This document shows, piece by piece, positions 53,001 to 64,000 of a DNA stretch of 64,000 bases (the stretch's first letter is position 1; every line of letters starts with the position of its first letter). This DNA is from Paraspadella gotoi (lineage: Eukaryota; Animalia; Chaetognatha), in the NCBI GenBank assembly GCA_051294375.1, contig CM119269.1, forward strand, positions 6,585,552 to 6,649,551. The letters run 5' to 3'. A program made the translations under genes and the position numbers. Under the pieces are notes generated by a model. That model ran no database searches. It saw only the letters and a program-made list of their open reading frames with translations, and had not been told where the DNA came from.

Positions 53001-54545
53001 AAACTTTATATATATATTTGCTGAGTGTGTATTAAATGTTTTGTTATTCCTTGCCCAGGACTTCTAACCTCGTCATCTCAACTTTAGATTGAAGTGCTGG
53101 GCTTAGACTTTGTCGTCAGTACCTCATCTTGAGCGTCTCGACCGGCGCCATCGTCTCGTCCGCGCCATCTCAACTCGAATTCCTCTCGTTTTGATAGCGC
53201 AGGATCAGCTCAGACAGTTAGTTGTCAAAGACAGCCACCTCTACGAACTTAGTTCAATACACTTTGGATACGATGGACTTTGCCAACTCCTCTTTTTTTT
53301 ATAGTCATTTTCTATTTGAATGTGAATTAAAACATTGATAAAAAATATACCTGCGCTTGAATTTCTCCTTAGTTAAATTTTTAGGCTATTGTCAGAGGTA
53401 CACGAGATTGATTTTGAGCTAATATTTACAAAAACCTACGATTTTTAGATTTAGACCATTAAATGAACAACTTGAAGAGACAGTAATTATTGTTATGTTT
53501 TAGTGACAGAAGCGTTCAATATAAGTAATCCCTGAGCTTCGGATCAGGCTGTAACACCGTATTACAGGCGGGTTAAGCGCCCCGACCCTCTTAACTGCTA
53601 AGCGACCATCGGGCTAGAACCCCGGATCTTTGGGTTGGGAGGCAAATGACTTGCCTGCGGCACCAATGGCCGCTGATGAACGGTTGGTGGATTTTAGTCC
53701 ATCATAAACTCACCTTGTAACACGCCAAACAACATCAGAGATTTCTCCTTTAAGAAGTTCGCACTCGTTTGCTCCAACTCGCGCAAATGACAACTCACAG
53801 CAAGTTTGGCAATGCCTACGCAAGAAGCCATAATTGAAACGAATTTTCTGTACTCGTTGATTCGCCAGGAACAGAAGACTAAGCGGGGTTTATTGGGCGT
53901 TGAAATCTCATGACAATGACAAGGAGGATCGATCTGAGTAATGGAACCGTTGAACTGGATCCGATAAAGTCGATACGGAGAGAAACCATGGCCGACCGCA
54001 TCCAGTCTTGTGCCGGAATAGCCAAAAGAAAATTCTCCCGTTGACAAGTTGTAATTGTATTCGAACGGATATCTAAGTCCGCCGATGCATTGTTCTTCCC
54101 CGCTGCCCATCCACACGACTGCCAGGGCTCCGCACTGGATAAGCAGCTGCGGAAATGACTCGACAAGAGTGTGCAGGATGTTGGCGCCATCCAAGACTCC
54201 ACCCTTGTAGGCGGATCGGAGGGACTTTGGCGTCCCCGTCGGAGGGTTCTTCTCGTCCAAGTAAGCGTCGGTGCAGAGGGGGACCAGGCCGACTCCGGCT
54301 AGGTGCGCCGCCAGCGTCAGGCAACGCCGCCCCGGCGTCTTCCAGAGACGAGGATAAAGTTCCGGGCGCCGAGAGATGTGGACAACGGCGTGGATGGTGG
54401 AGACGACGCCGTGAAGGACGAGGACGACGGCGATGGCGATGCCAACGCCGCGGAGAAAGTCGTGCGGAGACGTTAAGTTCTCCGTCGCCGCTAAGAGGTC
54501 AGTGCCGAGATCGACGGCATTGAACGCCACGTCAAGCAGCGCCAT
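50013..54545 (-). CDS. XK-related (Xkr scramblase-like) multipass membrane protein, paralogue A; 2 coding exons (53714-54545, 50013-51802), 873 aa
   Basis: DLGTDLLAA (compare XKR8 DLGTDLWAA) and LVESFPQLLIQ (Xkr E[S/T]xPQ motif). A phase-1 intron G|GTGAG...TTTTAAG|GT joins the 283-aa and 595-aa ORFs in frame. Confidence 0.8.
51965..52146 (+). mobile_element. tRNA-like repeat, left arm of an inverted pair
   Basis: Acceptor-like stem GCGGCCA/TGGCTGC and T-arm-like CCGGGGTTCTACCCCGG. About 13 mismatches over ~177 bp to the reverse complement of 53529-53710. Confidence 0.75.
53529..53710 (-). mobile_element. tRNA-like repeat, right arm of the inverted pair
   Basis: Reverse complement of 51965-52146; abuts the intron 5' splice site at 53713. 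Confidence 0.75.
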
Positions 54546-54699
54546 TTTTGGACTGAATGAGACGCCGGTAACTGGGGTTCTGGAGTCGATAGTGGATCTG
54601 GAAAATAAATAAAAAAATTAGACAAAGTTACATTTATTGATTTGTTATGATTATCTTTTCTCTTGTTTTAAAAGAACTGGTGAAGAGGCTGGTTTTACA

Positions 54700-54897
54700 G
54701 GGCGCCACACCCGCAGCGGTGTCACCTCGTGGCGACAGCGAGACAGCATGTTCATGTAGTCCAGAGCTTTGGATCTGGCAGGAGGCCCTTGCCTACAGGC
54801 GGGTTACCCGGTCCATCCCACTTTCTACATAACCTCAAGGCTCGAACCAGCGACGCACATTGGGATGGTGCATTGTTCCACTGAGCCATTGAGGCGC
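54700..54897 (-). mobile_element. tRNA-derived SINE
   Basis: Minus strand has A box TGGCTCAGTGG and B box GGTTCGAGCC, followed by a GC-rich body. Confidence 0.6.
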
Positions 54898-55779
54898 TGC
54901 GCAAGAAACAGCTTTAATCCATCTGTGGTGATAGGACCACCAGACTGGTTCTTTATTGAAAAAAAATTCATTCAAGTTTCATTTCAAGTTTTAACCATTA
55001 ATTTGAAAAACATTATACATTTTTTGTACGAAAGATTTCCGAATCCCCAACTGTTGAGTGCCCAAATTAAATTTTTTGATAAATTTAAGCTTGATCAAAT
55101 TTTTTTTTTTTAATTCCGTTTTGAAAACAAATTAGTGAGAATAAAGCTTTTAATTTTTAATTCGCTAACAATGTGCGTAACGCGATTTTAGATTTTGAAA
55201 ACCTTTTAAAAATATATTAAAAATTTAATTAGTAAAAAGGTTTGAATTTTTTTTCCCCCAAGTTTTTTTTTCAGATTTGGGAGTAAAATGCAGACTTTTA
55301 CGCTTAATGAGTTTTTAGGTAAAAGGTTTTAGGTTTTCTCTTTTTAAAAACTCCCAATTTCTGTTCCTTCATCCCTGAACTTAATCTTAACCCAATCTCT
55401 AACCCTAATCCCCAACTCTAATTCCTAATCCTAACCTAATCTTTAATCCTAAGCCTAAACCCTAATATAAAATTCTTGCCCCTAAGACTAAACCCAAGGC
55501 TTTAACCTAATTCCTATCGGTTTTTTTTTTAAATGAGGCCAACTTTCAAATAATAGTTAAACACATGTCGAAAGTCCTTTCCGACATGGGCTATAGAATG
55601 GAACTATTACAGTACTCGTGTTAAAACAGTCTTTTTCCAACGTCGTTGCCAAGATGAGAAGCCTTATGATAAATAAAAAAAATCTCACTTTGAAGTAAGA
55701 TATTTATCGCATAACGAGCAAAGTCAGAGACCGCAAGACCAAAGTTTCATTGCGCGCGTCATCTATGTAACGGTATGTG

Positions 55780-55975
55780 GATAAGGCGCTAAGTGGGCAG
55801 AAGATGACTTCTATAACCCCCTCTGGCAGACATGGAACGGGCTTGAGGGTTTGCCACGCCCCCAAGGCGGCTTACGGGCGTCCTCACTCTTCCCGCAGGG
55901 TCGGTACCAGGTTGGGATTGAACCCGGTATCTAGTGGTCATGAGCTGATGGCTTTACACAATGAGCCACCGGGTC
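55780..55975 (-). mobile_element. tRNA-derived SINE (different family)
   Basis: Minus strand has GGTGGCTCATTGTG (A box-like), a CTCATGA loop and B box GGTTCAATCCC. No intact cloverleaf. Confidence 0.55.
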
Positions 55976-57135
55976 ACAACTGAAAGAGTCATGCTTATAG
56001 GCAGGGTGAACCTAGGCAATGCCCGACTACAGGTAAACTGTTTTCATTGAAGGTTTTCACGATCTCTTCCACTGACGATAGTCAGATATTGAATATATTT
56101 TTTTTATGCTTTACATGCTAACTCTAATTAATTATATTTAGTTTGACTTCCCGTCCATTTAATCTCCTAATGATTTTTTGAAAAAAAGAAATAGTCAATT
56201 AGTCGATTTGTTTTTCTGCTCTGATACGCATAGAAAAATGAACTGCACAAGTACATATGAAATCGAAAGAAACAACACAAGTACATATTAAATCGAAATG
56301 CGTAGTGCAGTCCATACAGTTTAATAGTCCTGTCAATTCAATCCAGTAGATACAGTCCATATAGTTCAGTTTCCACCCTCTCTGTTCAATCTCTTAGTTG
56401 TTAGGGGTTCTATTACTATTTTTATCTTGTGTTGACCAGATGCTTTATCAATTTCCAGAATTAACTAATAAACTAACTAACAACTCTCAAAGATAAAAAA
56501 TAGAATATATGAATAAATATAAATAAAACAAAAAAAAGAAATAAAAAAAATTATTTATTGATATTATAAAATCTAGAAAGATAAAATAGAGAAAAAAGGT
56601 AATTTTACATTTTTTCATGCATGTGAATTCGAAATCATTTAAGAAAGATTGTGAGTGATCTAAAACTGTCACAAGTACACAACTGTCAATAACTAAATCT
56701 ATAATGAGCAATTGAGTATCTATTATATATCACTTTAAACTTTTTGTTATTTTTCACAAAAAATTAAATTCATCAAATTTTGATAGATGTTTACAGTATA
56801 AAAGGTGATAGACAGACGTGGGTCTATTACCCATCTCCTTCTCATTCACCTCCTCTTCATCCTCCTCCCAGGGATTCGGGGCCGCGTTCAGGAGATTCAG
56901 TTCACCTTTCTCTCTTCTCCTACAAGTGTCTCCCCTTTTTTACCCTAATAATTTTGTCGCCGTATAGATTTTCTTGACGTCAATATATATTTTCCCGCAT
57001 TCTCGCATTCTCGCGCCTATTTTGATTAGTGACAAGGTGTATTGCAAAAAATTATCACAAAAACAGAAACGATATATATAGTAAGTAACACATACAAAAA
57101 GTGGAATATTTAAAAAGTAATTAAGACTTTTAAGC

Positions 57136-60013
57136 CTAATCATTCATATGAGATAGGTATAATTGAGTGAATAAAGTGGGTAAAACTACAAAAAACGACA
57201 TAATAACTGTTAAACCTTCGCGGTTTTCAATATCTGTGAATTTGTTAAAGCTTCTTAAAATGATAAGTAGCTTCTTTTGAAACTTTTTAAACTGTGAATC
57301 GTCAATAGGGCATCTATATAAAATGTTATTTATGGGGTCTAACGCGTGATAACTTGGTGAAATGAATTCTAGTCCAGTCCCGAAAGAATTAATCAATTCC
57401 CTATGTTTCAGATTATAGTAAGAAAAAATTCGAAAAGGTAAGGAGTAATAGAATAAACCGCGGACGCTACTTTGAACTGATGTGATGTTCAAATGAGATA
57501 CATTTTCAATAGAAATATAAAGAGCTCCATATACAAATAAAACGGTTATAATAAAAGGTATTTTGATCAAAAAGATAAATGAACTGATACACTTCTTATT
57601 TAACATAAATCCAAATATTATGAGAAAAAAATGAATGTAGGAACTATAATACAATAATAGCCAGTACTGTTTCCAAGCTATAATCCCAAGCAATTGATTT
57701 TTCATATAAGAGTTATTATAATTAGTTGCCGACTTTTGATCGCTGCAAAATGATCCAAAATCTTTTACAAAGTTCATGTACATATATTTTTCTGGCTTTA
57801 TTGAAAACAATAGGATTGGTAAAGATAAATGTATTAAAATGACAGTCAGTCTAAACAAAATTTCTTGCTCAACGGATGCCCTGCCTAAAAATTTATCTAT
57901 GATCGCAATGTACAATGTTAGAATAACTGATAAAGGAATCAAATCGATGAATTTACCTAAAAGATAAACTTTCCATTTAGAATCTATAAGATGATTAACA
58001 AGCGCTTTTCGGGCAGAACATTCTTCAATTCCTAAAAAAACTAATTCTCTACCAGGCATTGAAGACACACAATTTTCATGGATTTGGGACTGAGTGAGGA
58101 CACGGACGCCCCCATCCAACTCGGCCGCTTTTCTGGTCAAAAAAAGATGTCTAAAGGAAATGGAAACATTCATCGATAAAATAGTAATAGGAGATAGGAA
58201 AGCACAAACCAAAAAGGGAAGATTTTGAAAACTATTTTTTAATCCCGATAAAAGTATGAAGTAAACTAAACCAAGAATGGCGTCTATCAGGTTAAAAATA
58301 ATACAAATGTAATAATTGTAGTTATATATTTGATAATTACCTAGATAGAGAGTCCAATCTGGGTCTGAAAGGGCGAGCGGCTGTAGAGAACTTTCGGTCC
58401 ATTTCATTAGATTTTCGGAGCATTTTATATATTCACTATCTGTAAACTGGTATAAACGTAACTTGTTCCATTTTTCAACTGTCCCGTTTATATTATAACA
58501 TCCGCTAACAATGGAATTCGAAGTCGCGTTCCAAAGAATTTCGTAAAACTCAATTTTAGGAAACATTCCGGTTTCAAGACTCCAAATTCGGGATGGGTTG
58601 AAATACATGCGCATCTTTCTGTCAGTGTATCCCAGGTAAGTTTTATACTTATTGTATAAATGAATAAGAGAAAAGAAAATGACGTTAAAAATTGAAATAA
58701 GAAAATATTGAGTAGCTGCCCTGTTAGAAGGTTGAACGAAATTGGCATCCTTGATCTTTCTCCATACTCCGAACAGTTGTTTGGGTAATATAATTCGGAG
58801 CAGAATCAATGGGAAAAAACATAATAAAAACAATGATGATTTTATTGCCATTATAAACAACAGATACATCGATACATACAAACCAATAAGACCTGGAAAT
58901 GAAGTAATGATTAATATACTTGATGCATATCGCATACCTGTGCAAAACTCACTACATTGATAGGTTGTTTTGACTTCCCAAACTTCGCTTTGGTTCTGCG
59001 TAATTACTATGTATATTGTATAACTGTATATCTTTGCCACAAACTGTGTTCATCAAAGTAAATTGAACTAAGCCAAGGCTTATTTATTATTTTTCTATTT
59101 TCCCTAAGGTTTTACGTCGATGAGGTTTTACATACTTTTCTTCAGTTTTACTTACTCAACTCAATATTTCCTTACTTTGTAACATTCCGAGCGCCATCAG
59201 CGGTATTTTCCATGAAAATTCTTTCCGTTCGGCCATCAACTCGCACAGATGGCGTCCGACGGCGAGTTTGGCAATGCCGATGCAAGAAATTGCAATGGAA
59301 ACCATCATCTTGTAATCTTTGACACGCCACCAGCAATATCTAGAACGAATATTTGTGTGGGGCAATGTGAAGTCTTTGCAATGGCAGGCCTCGTCGACCG
59401 GGTTCAGCGAACCATCCACTCCGATCCTGTACAACTTCTCCAATGTCTGGTGAGTGTTTCTTCCCTTGGACGGCTTCTTGCTCAGGATCACATTTCCGGT
59501 TTTCGGGTCGTAGTTGTGATCGAAAATTAGCTGGAGTCCGCTGAAGCATTGCTCGTCGACGCTGGTCATCCAGACCAACGCCATGGCGCCCGTCTGGAGG
59601 ACCATCTGCGGAAAGGACTCTAGAAGCGTGTGGAGAATATTGGCGCCGTCGACGACGCCCACTTTGAAGGCGGATTGGGATTCGAGTTCCGACCCTAACG
59701 GCATCGTCATCAGGTTCCTCTTGTCGAGAACGAGATCGAGGCTGAGGGGAACGAGACCGAGGCCGAACAAAAAAGCAATCATAGTCAGGAATCGACGCGA
59801 TCGCGTCTCCCAGAGTCGAGGATAAAAATCCTGACGTCGAGAGACGTGGACGAAGAAGTGGAGAGAGGAGCAGAGGCTGTGGAGGAGGAGGACGCCGAAG
59901 AGGGCGACGCCGAGGCCGCTGACGAAGTTATGAGGCGACGCCACGTGGCTCGTCGACGTCATGACGTCCGTCACCAAATCGAGGCAGTTCATGGCCACTT
60001 CAAGCATCTCCAT
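57136..60013 (-). CDS. XK-related multipass membrane protein, paralogue B; 2 coding exons (59176-60013, 57136-58892), 864 aa
   Basis: DLVTD and DGANILHTLLESFPQMVLQ. A phase-1 intron A|GTAAG...TTTCCAG|GT lies at the same position as in paralogue A. Shared blocks include FNPS, LWNxTSNS, GCY, PDWxLYxGNY, ECSxRK and NSFxxGxExISxSYH. Confidence 0.8.
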
Positions 60014-60912
60014 GTCGACGGTTGGAGAAAAGTAAACAATCGCTGGTGGGAAAATTTATGACAAAAAATTCAAATTAAATTAAAAACTATTATTAGAGTT
60101 ACATGATGAATTAGTTATATGATGAATGTGAGTTACTTGATGAGTATTATATGTGTTATATGAGTTATATGATGGAATGCTCTGGAGAGTAGAATTGGTC
60201 TATGAACTTTAATGTCCCAAAATAGTCCTAGATATATAAAAATAATAATATATTTATTATATAGGTATATTAGTTATAATATACATCAACACACTTCGCC
60301 GTAAAAATTTACGAAAAAAAGATAATTCTTTTAATAAATTATTAAAGAATGAATGATTATGTGGAAATGACAGCGGATGAGTTGTTGATAATTAGATCTT
60401 GTCTATCAAGACCGTTGCGATTAGGGCTATGAGAATTTTAATAGAAAAACTATAAATTTTTTATTTATTTATTAGAGAGAGCAAAGAATTTTGAATTTAA
60501 CAACGATTTTTTATTAGTAGTTGGACATGTTTCGGCTTGCTTATTTCAAGCCTTCATCAGCATATGACATTCAATAATAAATTTTGTGCAAAAGAAGAGT
60601 GTTTATTGTATAACGTTTATGTACGAAAGCAAGAATATATATACCTTTTACTGATAAACATTAAAAACAATTTGTGACTATAAAAAAAATTGACTTACTT
60701 AAAAAAAAAATATCAAAGCTTACTACTCGAGGTTAAAAAAACTTGGAAGAAGTAAAGTTACGTTTACAAACCGATGTTACTTTAAACATCCAACGGTGTT
60801 CATCACCCAAAACCAATTATTGCTCATGAATTCCAGTCGCGGACCAGAAAGATAATAATTATCCATCCTTCGTCATTCCGGCGAAATTAAGGGCGATTAA
60901 TGACTGATTAAG

Positions 60913-60914
<2 letters not shown>

Positions 60915-60977
<63 letters not shown>

Positions 60978-61080
60978 CAGAACGCTCTCCCGCGATGCAA
61001 TAAATATCCGTTAAACCCAAGCTTATTCGAGAAACAGAGAGAGAGAGAGGAGAGAGAGGAGAGAGAGAGAGAGAGAGAGA

Positions 61081-61111
<31 letters not shown>

Positions 61112-61206
61112 AGAGCACTGAGAACGCTCTCCCCGCGATGCCAAATAAATATCCGTTAAACCCAAGCTTATTTCGAGAACAGAGAGAGAGAGGAGAGAGA
61201 GAGGAG

Positions 61207-61244
<38 letters not shown>

Positions 61245-61573
61245 CACTGAGAACGCTCTCCGCGATGCCAATAATATCCGTTAACCAAGTCTTATTATAT
61301 TTTATTTTTTTTTTTTGTTCCGAAGGGCAACGATGAAGCAGAAAAAGATCGGAAAAGTATAACAACACACGAGAGAGAAAGAGAGGGAAGGAGAGAGTAG
61401 GAAGAGGGAAAAGAAAGAAGGAGATGAGAAAGAAAAAAAGGGAAGGAACACACGGAATAGGGAAGGAGAGACAGCGGGAGAAGAAAGAATGGAGCGAGAA
61501 AGGGAAAGAAGAAAAGAGGGAAAATAAACAGAGGAATATGAGTGAGAGAAAGGGAGCGAGCGAAGAGAAAGAG

Positions 61574-61610
<37 letters not shown>

Positions 61611-61675
61611 ACTGAGAACGCTCTCCCCGCGATGCCAAATAAATATCCGTTAAACCCAAGCTTATTCGAGAAACA
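60915..61675. repeat. Compound tandem repeat: ~68-bp unit alternating with (GA)n, 4 copies
   Basis: GAGCACTGAGAACGCTCTCCCCGCGATGCCAAATAAATATCCGTTAAACCCAAGCTTATTCGAGAAACA at ~60970, 61112, 61242 and 61607. Confidence 0.85.
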
Positions 61676-61806
61676 TAGCGTTCTTCACGCTTCCCGCGAG
61701 CGCAAAAAAAAAAAAAAATTGTTTTTCGCATTCGAAAGAATAAAAAAAGAAGAAACTGAGAAAAGAAATTTGATCAAAGATCGAAAGAAGAAACTTCGAA
61801 CCAGAA

Positions 61807-63019
61807 ATGGGCGTCGGCGGCGCCGGTGAGGCCGGTGGCGGCGACGTCGAACGAGGGGGCGTGGCGGGAGATGGAGGCGAGACGGGGGCGTCGCCGCCAG
61901 TGGGCGCTTCAAACGCCGCCAACGTCAACGCCAAGAAAACGAGGGGACAAGGGGCGGGCAGGTGCTCGGCCCACGGAAGAGGAGGGGATAAAGTAAAGAC
62001 GGAGACGATTAGAGAAGGTGATGGAGTTAAAGGGTGAGGAAGGGTGAGGTTAGCGTTTGATAGGACAAGGAAGGGAGGGGGACCTAGGTGGTAAATAAGG
62101 TGGGGTGGATATTTGCGGGGTCAGAAGGGTAAGAAAAGGTATGGTTTCAGACGTTGCCAAAGGTAAGTCGTGTTGAGACGACTGTTTAAAGTAAGTAAAA
62201 TCTTTTTGTCTCTCATCTTTCCTCAGACGTAAATTACGCGGGAGAATTCGATCCTCAGTGCTGCTTCTGCACCAAGACCGGCCGCTGCTGCATCATCAGC
62301 TTCACCATCGCCCTCGTCGTTCTGGGTAAGTCGAGAAGAAACGCGCCTCTATTGCCTGCGCTGTTGACTGCGGGTGTCGCTGCAGGGGGAAAAAAAAACC
62401 TGCTTTCTCTACAGAAAAGACATTAATGATAATATTTATATTCTATAAATAAATCGTTGTAAAAGCCAATAAAAACTTTCGTTTTTCGTTGATAATATTT
62501 ATATAATTTATTGTATATGAATCGTCGAAACCCCTCTTTAACCTTACCCTTGAATCCCATCCCTGTTTTTCCCCACCCTTCTTTACCTTACCTTAAAACG
62601 AGTCTGTGGCGTCTACTACAAGGACGATATTCTCGACGCTTTTTATGGCGAAAACGAATTTCGTCGCGACTGCGGAATCGACGCTGACCCGGGAACGGGG
62701 GATAAGTTTATGGTTAGTTTTTTAAATGTAAGGAAGTTGTTTATTTGATATAGGCTTCAACATTTTTATTTACATTTTTACCGAAAGTAGTTGAATGCTA
62801 ACAGCGAGAAATAATTAAATTAGAAAATTATCGAAAATGAAAGTCAGAAGTTATCGTAAATGCGGCAGTATGCAAATGAGATTGAATAACTCAATAATAT
62901 TTCGCATTGAATTAGGAGTTCATCCCTTACAGAATGAAAGAAATGAATGAATAAAAGAGTAAAGGAATTATTAAACAGTGAAATAATTTTAACTAAAGCT
63001 CTAGCGACAAGGCTGTTTG

Positions 63020-63068
<49 letters not shown>

Positions 63069-63947
63069 AGAGAGAAAAAGAGAGAGAAAGAGAGTGAGAG
63101 AGAGAAACTCAAAGCTTAAAATTTAAGTTAAGTTAAGTTAAGTTAAATTTAAGTTAAATTTCTCGTCAGGTGAACGGCGAGAATCATTGGTCCAAAGTCT
63201 GCAACAAATTCCAAAACAGAGACTCCATCGTTGTGATGAGGAGGAAGAAGGGGGACAGGTGGGGACAGAGACAGTGGGGAAAGAGAGTGTGTCGGGGGAG
63301 AGACTGGGATTGAGGTACTGAAGGGAAGGATTAATAATAACGATTAAAGACGAATTAGTGTTAGAGAACGAGGGGCGGTAATACGTTGCTAATGTAGTTA
63401 AAATTGTATTTAAAAAAGTCCAATTCATCCAAGACTCAAGGCCAAACGATCTAAAGCCCAATCAATAGAAGGACTCTAGATCCCAGGCCAATCGATCTAA
63501 TGCCCAATCAGTTACAGGACTCTAGCTTCAAAGCCAATCGATTCCTTGATTAATCAATTGCAGGACTCTAGATCCAAGGCCAATCGATCCAAAACCCAGT
63601 CTAAGAATACTTGCATTAGATCCAATGCCAATCCAACCAATGCCCAAGCAATTTAAGAACTAGATCCAAGGCCAATTCTATTAGGTCGAAAAGGAGGTTA
63701 TTTTTCGACGGATACGGGAATTTGGACGGGAGTTTCTTTCTCGGAGTCGACGCCCTGGAGAGACTCACGAAGAGCAGGAGGCTAAACATCGTCGTTAGGG
63801 TGAGTAATCGGGGTAAGTCACTTCTCTCTAACTCGCCATTGTCTTCATTACGCCCTTAACTTTTCATAGACGAAGACCAAAGATCAAAATACGTCGATTA
63901 TGGACACGCGTTACGTTGAATACTTTGATTTTCAAATTCATAAAAGG
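61807..63947 (+). CDS. Type II membrane protein with a divergent fibrinogen C-terminal (FReD) domain; runs off the window; start uncertain
   Basis: Exons encode CCFCTKTGRCCIISFTIALVVLVCGVYY (TM), RRDC, VCNKFQNRDSIVVMRRKKGT (compare C...WTVIQRR.DGS), FFDGYGNLDGSFFLGVDALERLT (compare GFG..DGEFWLG...IH.LT) and RYVEYFDFQI. Confidence 0.7.
63420..63680. repeat. ~43-bp degenerate minisatellite ending at a splice acceptor
   Basis: Repeated GGACTCTAGATCCAAGGCCAATCGATC...CCCAATCA. Confidence 0.75.
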
Positions 63948-64000
63948 TTAGGCTTAACCGTGTTCTTTTGTTGTCTACGTCTCAATACCCTCGCGATCTC

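Noticed and set aside
53529-53710. Hammerhead or twister ribozyme (CTGATGA at ~53673; multiple stems)
   Set aside because: I found no correctly placed GAAA or cleavage triplet and could not fit the twister pseudoknots. An Infernal search would be needed.
55370-55515. Telomere-like CCCTAA repeats
   Set aside because: Short, highly degenerate and interstitial.
58893-59040. N-terminal ~49 aa of the 634-aa ORF as a stand-alone gene start
   Set aside because: It starts at GTG and has no counterpart in paralogue A. Homology begins at the TTTCCAG acceptor (58892), so this part is intronic.
60915-61675. Repeat-spacer-like array
   Set aside because: The spacers are (GA)n microsatellite, and 61320-61580 looks like low-quality purine-rich read sequence.

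Overview
Eukaryotic (animal-like) genomic DNA with GC-rich exons, AT-rich introns, microsatellites and five N-gaps. The first ~18.6 kb is indel-noisy and redundant. It holds a full Ty3/Gypsy LTR retrotransposon (6960-12375, minus strand), an apparently identical partial copy (1-3105), and an empty version of the same insertion site (~17371) just downstream of a two-pore K+ (K2P) channel gene. The rest contains the multi-exon K2P gene (-), an unrecognised multi-exon gene (-), an SLC22-type transporter (-), ALDH8A1 (+), a GlyR/GluCl-like pentameric channel subunit that lacks both Cys-loop cysteines (+), two tandem ~870-aa XK-related (scramblase-like) paralogues with a long AT-rich second exon (-), and the 5' part of a type II membrane fibrinogen-domain gene (+). 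It also has hAT-type MITEs, tRNA-derived SINEs and several minisatellites that start at splice donors. All gene models were spliced by hand from GT-AG sites and reading phase. No database search was run, and motif comparisons are from memory.
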